Shown in pieces: positions 59,298 through 64,000 of a DNA stretch of 64,000 nt. A program made the position numbers and the translations under genes. Each line of letters begins with the position of its first letter. The first letter of the stretch is position 1. The notes below the pieces were generated by a model that did not search any database, had not been told where the DNA came from, and worked only from the letters and a program-made list of their open reading frames with translations. Source of the stretch: Saprospiraceae bacterium (GTDB lineage: Bacteria > Bacteroidota > Bacteroidia > Chitinophagales > Saprospiraceae). The stretch lies in contig JANMMZ010000085.1 of the NCBI GenBank assembly GCA_031373665.1, positions 1,389 to 65,388 of the forward strand, given 5' to 3'.

Positions 59298-62200
59298 TCA
59301 CAACCGCTCCCAAATACGATGCTTCACTCCAGTATTCGTCTGTAGCCGAACAATATAAATACCTTGAGATAATTGCGCCGTATCTATAATCCATTGATCT
59401 TGGCCTTCTATATTTAAAACATCTTGAGATGACACTACTTGACCCGTAACTGAGACAATACTAATGGTTGCTTGTGTGGTTTCTGGGCCGAAATAAGTCA
59501 AGATCAACCGATCTTTACCCGGATTGGGCTGAATCTGGAATTGGAGATCATCTTGAGCAGGCGTACGCACACTTTCATTTAAATCGCCATTGTCACGACC
59601 CATTAGGTTAGCCGATAAAGCACACGGCGTTACAATTCCGGAACACAAAACCGTGGCAGTGGTATTAGAAACTGGATTGGGGTAACTATTGGACCAACAA
59701 AAGAATAACCTAAGCGTTTGGGTAGGGCCATTGGCGGCATTTACCTTCCACCGATAACTGGTATTGGTGATAAAGGCTAGGTTATAGTTGAAGGTCGCGG
59801 TATTAAGTGCCACGTTGTTCAGGCTCGACATGTCTGTGCTGATTCCACCGGAAGGAAGACCACTGATGATGACCTCATCAGAGACGGTTACATTGGCCAT
59901 CACAATTTCAAAATAATAGTCACCTGCTGCGTTACACCCAACATTCGTATGAGGCCGACGCAAGAATGAGGCTATATTGGAGCAAAGCCCAGTAATTTGG
60001 ATGGCAATAGAAGGGGTGTAAACATAGTCATTGCAAATGGTTCGCTTGGCTGCCCGCCTATAATAAGTGGTTTGGGTAAGTGCTGGTGGATCAAAAACAA
60101 GACCTGTTTCATTAGAAATATCTACAAAGGTACTGTTATTAGAGGATTGTTGCCACTGATATACCACAACACCACCCGTTCCGCCACTAGCGGGCGTACT
60201 GCTTGCGATCAAACCCGGATTAAATCCACTTGACCCGCTGGTTGGTACAGGTGCCACTATCTGGCCGGCTTGGGTAACATTGGTGCAGGCATTGCAAGCA
60301 ACCAACTGAATAAAAGCGGGGTTTTTCCGAATGGTGGTTAAGGTAGTGGTGCCACACATAACGCCAGATGCTGATGAAAATACCTGTCCGGGCGAAGTGC
60401 TTTCCGCAAATACCTGTGCATTGGTGGTGTTAACGCTATAACTACCCGGTAGTATTTCTGACCAAGTGATCGTTTTACTGATGGGTATATCCGTATTGAT
60501 ATCGGCATCGGTGGTTCGTTGTGGTGCCCAAAAGATCAGGTATGGATCAGTCCCATCACTTTTTGCGATCAAATATACAAAAGCATCTTGGTCTTCATAC
60601 AATGCTTTGTAAAAGACATGGTTGTTGAATCGGTTTTTTAAATCCATCATACCATGCCATGATGGTTTGGGGGTGGCGCCGTGGGCTATAAATGGGGATG
60701 CCCAAGCACTATTGTTAGGATTAGTACCTAACTTCCAGAACCCTGAACTTTGGAATAAACCACTATATGCGGCATCTGTAGCCTTCGAATGATCATAACC
60801 ATTATAGAAAAACACCTTGGAGAAGTGGTACCTACTGTGCAACATTAAGCCCCTGATTAAGTAAGCCGACTGGGTTTTTTCTCCAACTCCTGTATTCGGA
60901 TTACTGTCAAATCCGAACTCTGACGACCATAACTGTACATTGCTCAAAATGCCAGAACTGGCGTTCTTATTAGCATCTCGCCATCCTGCAAGATTTCGGA
61001 TTTGGCGGGTTTCAGAACTGGGATTTTCTGGATAAGTCCACTGCAAGGTACCAGCACCAAGGCTATAAGGATGGCAATCAATAGCATCTAAATCTTTGAG
61101 CACTTCGCAATCGGCAACATTCAAGTAATCGCCAATAAAATCATGTCGCTCTAGCGATCCCCCGCAGTTTGAATAATCCCGGAGGGCCGAACCGCAATCA
61201 TTTTCCTTGATGGCCTGAAATGCTCCAACCACCAACTTCATTTTCCACCCACCCAATGATTTTGCGCCATATTTTCCCACAAAAGCATTCCGTGCGCCTG
61301 TCAATAGGGCGTGGTAATCTGATTTTACTGGATAGTCCCATAGTTCGTTGCCTATCTGATAATTGTGTACCAGTATTTGGGCACTTGTGCCATTTGGTGG
61401 GGCATACTCGTCTATGAATTTTTTGGTATAGTTCTCAAAAGCGTTTCTTATACCCGCAGGTCCAGCATTAGACCATTCGCTTTCATTGTATATTTTTTCT
61501 TTCCAAGTGTATGGGTAAAATAACAACTCCGTAGCGGCTGTGATATTCATAAAGCCATGCGTATTCCTATATATATTGTAAAGCCCTTTATTAAACGCAG
61601 TGAAGGCGGGGGTACCTTCCGGCGTGGTGTTTTTGGGCTTTATGGTTTGATTATAAAATGGCAAAATTTGATCTGCCCCCCAAGGATAAGGCACACTGTT
61701 CATCAGGCTAGTCAAGGTGGTCTTACTGTTGAAATCCTCATCCATCACATGAAAGTTCCTATACTGAGTAGTCAGTTGAGTGATCTGGTTGAAAGCCTCA
61801 TTTTGAAACGCCCTAAATATCAGTCCGCCGTCATTGACGGCAATCATAGAACCGAGGTTAAAAGGACTTGGAGCATTATAATTGTTATTTATTTGTGCTA
61901 TTTCAGTAGGGGTTAATTGCTTTCCAAAATTTTTATTGGCCAAACAAGATATCGCCTCCTGCGTAGTAAAAGTACTTGAAGGGGAGTAGGCACTGGTGCC
62001 CGACGGACATATTGCTTGAGTTTGTACCTGATAAACCGTAGAAGGCTCCAGCGGTGGATTCAGCGTATATACGGGAGTGGTGATATTGGTGCCAGCGGTT
62101 ATCCATCCGCCACTGTTGCCCTGCCGGTACTGCACATGATACCCTGTGACACCGCTGGCCGCTGGTAACACGACCGTTGCATTGGTGCTGCCAGCAGTCA

Positions 62201-62858
62201 CCGCAGGGGCAGATGGGGTAGCGCACCCACCTATGTGGGCTATTACTTGTACGTACGTACTGGAGGTAGCGTTACAGTTGCTTTTTACTTCTACTTGATA
62301 AGTGCCTGATGGCAGACCTGCAATTGAAAATGGAGATGCCATTACCGATAACCCCCCCGCTGGGATCAACCAATCGCCCGATGTACCGGGGCGATACCTA
62401 ATGGTGTGGGCTCCAGAAGATGACCAAGAAACAAGGATATTTGAAAGACCTGTACTTGCGGTCACTCCCGTAGGAGGGCTACACATCCCAGACCCATTTG
62501 AAGTCAAGTAATGAACTGCCGTACCCCAATCAGAGAAACCAGTGCTACATTTGGATCGAATTTGAATCGTATAATTGGTATTTCTATTTAACCCACTTAA
62601 CGTGTAAGGTGGTGGCCCAAAATTGTCAACAATGGTCTTTACAGACGGAACTGCCGTCTCGTAGTATCTGATTTGATACTGGGTGGCTTCTGAAACCGCT
62701 ACCCACTTCAACGTGAATGAGGTAGAAGTTTGGAATGTATGAAGCCAGATTGAACTTGGAGGATTGCATTGTGCGTGTAAAAAATGGCAAACGAACCAAG
62801 GGGCAAGGAAAATCAATAGATTCCTTTTGCGGAGAAGGCGAAAAGCGTAATTTTTCAA
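59298..62858 (-). CDS. T9SS-sorted multidomain protein with N-terminal Fn3-like modules and a central clan GH-A-like glycoside-hydrolase domain
   Basis: 1186 aa. Three or more CxPP...Y(Q/H)(I/V)(R/Q)Y modules, such as TQYQIRYYE, HTIRYRP and GYHVQYRQ. YQIGNELWDYP and LWSSEFGFD resemble the acid/base NE and nucleophile E strands of clan GH-A. The C-terminal QIQPNPGKDRLILTY...GIYIVRLQT matches the T9SS sorting-domain pattern. Confidence 0.7.
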   Translation of the reverse strand: MKNYAFRLLRKRNLLIFLAPWFVCHFLHAQCNPPSSIWLHTFQTSTSFTLKWVAVSEATQYQIRYYETAVPSVKTIVDNFGPPPYTLSGLNRNTNYTIQIRSKCSTGFSDWGTAVHYLTSNGSGMCSPPTGVTASTGLSNILVSWSSSGAHTIRYRPGTSGDWLIPAGGLSVMASPFSIAGLPSGTYQVEVKSNCNATSSTYVQVIAHIGGCATPSAPAVTAGSTNATVVLPAASGVTGYHVQYRQGNSGGWITAGTNITTPVYTLNPPLEPSTVYQVQTQAICPSGTSAYSPSSTFTTQEAISCLANKNFGKQLTPTEIAQINNNYNAPSPFNLGSMIAVNDGGLIFRAFQNEAFNQITQLTTQYRNFHVMDEDFNSKTTLTSLMNSVPYPWGADQILPFYNQTIKPKNTTPEGTPAFTAFNKGLYNIYRNTHGFMNITAATELLFYPYTWKEKIYNESEWSNAGPAGIRNAFENYTKKFIDEYAPPNGTSAQILVHNYQIGNELWDYPVKSDYHALLTGARNAFVGKYGAKSLGGWKMKLVVGAFQAIKENDCGSALRDYSNCGGSLERHDFIGDYLNVADCEVLKDLDAIDCHPYSLGAGTLQWTYPENPSSETRQIRNLAGWRDANKNASSGILSNVQLWSSEFGFDSNPNTGVGEKTQSAYLIRGLMLHSRYHFSKVFFYNGYDHSKATDAAYSGLFQSSGFWKLGTNPNNSAWASPFIAHGATPKPSWHGMMDLKNRFNNHVFYKALYEDQDAFVYLIAKSDGTDPYLIFWAPQRTTDADINTDIPISKTITWSEILPGSYSVNTTNAQVFAESTSPGQVFSSASGVMCGTTTLTTIRKNPAFIQLVACNACTNVTQAGQIVAPVPTSGSSGFNPGLIASSTPASGGTGGVVVYQWQQSSNNSTFVDISNETGLVFDPPALTQTTYYRRAAKRTICNDYVYTPSIAIQITGLCSNIASFLRRPHTNVGCNAAGDYYFEIVMANVTVSDEVIISGLPSGGISTDMSSLNNVALNTATFNYNLAFITNTSYRWKVNAANGPTQTLRLFFCWSNSYPNPVSNTTATVLCSGIVTPCALSANLMGRDNGDLNESVRTPAQDDLQFQIQPNPGKDRLILTYFGPETTQATISIVSVTGQVVSSQDVLNIEGQDQWIIDTAQLSQGIYIVRLQTNTGVKHRIWERL

Positions 62859-63602
62859 GATTAAAGTACATTAAAAATTAAATGAATGATTTTTAATATA
62901 CTGGCACGTTGTAATGGCGTTACAAGGTTTCTATTTCTGTTATTTACCACATAGATATACCTGCCAACACCTATGTAAAGTGCCAGTATATAATAGTGGG
63001 GGGTAAGATTAAAAGTGAAAATGCTATGGTGGCCTATAGCAGGAAATACCTCAACGGAAAGCGATAATAATGATTCATAAGACGATGTAATATTGATGAT
63101 TAAATAAGTTAAGAAGCAAATATACTAGTATTCTCTATGCACATTTATAGACAGTAGTGTTCAATATTTTCTTAGGAATGCAGTTTGTTTTTTGCGATAT
63201 ATTACACAGCCCAATGACTCTTTTAACGACCGATTCCAAAAATGAAATCAAAAATAAATATAAATAAATTAAAGTATTTATTATTAACTAATAATCAACT
63301 TGTTGCTGATTCTGAATACGGGAGAATGATCTAATGGAGGGCTAGAAAAAAGATATTTTATTACTTGTAAGTATAAGCAAATGTTTATAAATAATACATA
63401 AATTTTTGTGTATGTAATTGGCAATCAATTATTTATGAGAATATTTTAAAAATAAAACATACCAATATTTTAAATTTTAATTTAAGTATTTAATAGTTTA
63501 TTTTAACTAAAAAACAAAATATAATTTTTTAAATATCATAATATCGATTTCATGGGTGTCTTTTAGAAGGACACCAAATACATTATATTGCTTTTAGTCA
63601 AT

Positions 63603-63634
63603 AAAAAAAGCCACTCCAAATGAATGGAATGGCT
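63603..63634 (-). terminator. Intrinsic terminator
   Basis: On the minus strand agccattcca pairs with tggagtggct with one mismatch, followed by T6-7. It lies ~50 nt after the stop at 63687. Confidence 0.7.
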
Positions 63635-63686
63635 CGTGTTTTCTCGGTCGAATTCGGGTGTAATCAGGGTTTTGAAAATATAAGTG

Positions 63687-64000
63687 TTAGATCTTCACAA
63701 ATTTGAGTATTTCATTGATGCCCTTTCCATGGAGTCGGATAAGGTAAATTCCTGATGGCAATGCCGCTATATCAATCAAAGTTTGCACCTTCGAAACGAC
63801 TTGTTCTGTATATACATTTTTGCCGTCCATGTTATAAATGGCCAGCGAGTGGTAAGTATCGGCAGGCAGGTTTACCTGCAATTCATTGAAAGCAGGATTG
63901 GGTCTAATGGTTGTCAGGCCAGTATTGCTTGTTTCCATGTTGCGGTCGCCACCTCCGCCTCCCCAGAGGGTAGAGATGTTTACCGAAGCAGTATTGTTGC
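63687..64000 (-). CDS. C-terminal part of a T9SS-sorted protein; the 5' end lies beyond the window
   Basis: IRPNPAFNELQVNL...SGIYLIRLHGKG..ILKFVKI* matches the T9SS sorting-domain pattern. The frame stays open upstream of the track's Met (..NNTASVNISTLWGGGGGDRN-METS) to the window end. Confidence 0.75.
   Translation of the reverse strand, partial: NNTASVNISTLWGGGGGDRNMETSNTGLTTIRPNPAFNELQVNLPADTYHSLAIYNMDGKNVYTEQVVSKVQTLIDIAALPSGIYLIRLHGKGINEILKFVKI

Overview
The window looks like a Bacteroidota chromosome segment. Evidence: several T9SS-type C-terminal sorting domains, an OmpH/Skp pair, and a TAnnTTTG-type promoter motif. No rRNA, tRNA, CRISPR array, transposase or integrase was recognised. 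There are three blocks. (1) 1-33.0 kb is a minus-strand tandem array of 12 paralogous ~800-aa duplicated-FtsX (MacB-type) ABC permease genes, one cut by the window edge, plus one 3' remnant. No ABC ATPase gene is present. The array is interrupted at 3.4-9.9 kb by a cassette of two STAND-like P-loop NTPases (one with six near-identical 96-nt Sel1/TPR-like repeats), an NTF2-like protein and an aspartyl-protease-like protein. A small beta-barrel gene sits in the array at 24.8 kb. Four permease genes are followed by a strictly conserved hairpin (ATCCCGA-N7-TCGGGAT) and by one or two stacked vestigial copies of the family's C-terminal coding end (KSLRSE-stop). (2) 33.0-44.4 kb is a visibly AT-rich island carrying a Type I R-M operon (hsdM, hsdS, hsdR). 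The operon is invaded by three extra ORFs (a GxxExxY/PD-(D/E)XK-like protein, a Fic protein and a four-helix-bundle protein) and by two families of palindromic MITE-like repeats. These repeats bracket the small ORFs and also occur ORF-less, in frame, inside hsdM and hsdS. (3) 44.6-64 kb holds housekeeping and secreted-protein genes: an FGE/SUMF1-like protein, hutH, two OmpH genes, an FG-GAP/VCBS-ASPIC protein, a DUF3810-like protein and four T9SS cargo proteins. A ~286-bp structured repeat brackets hutH and the OmpH pair. All calls come from reading the sequence and the ORF translations. No database search was run.
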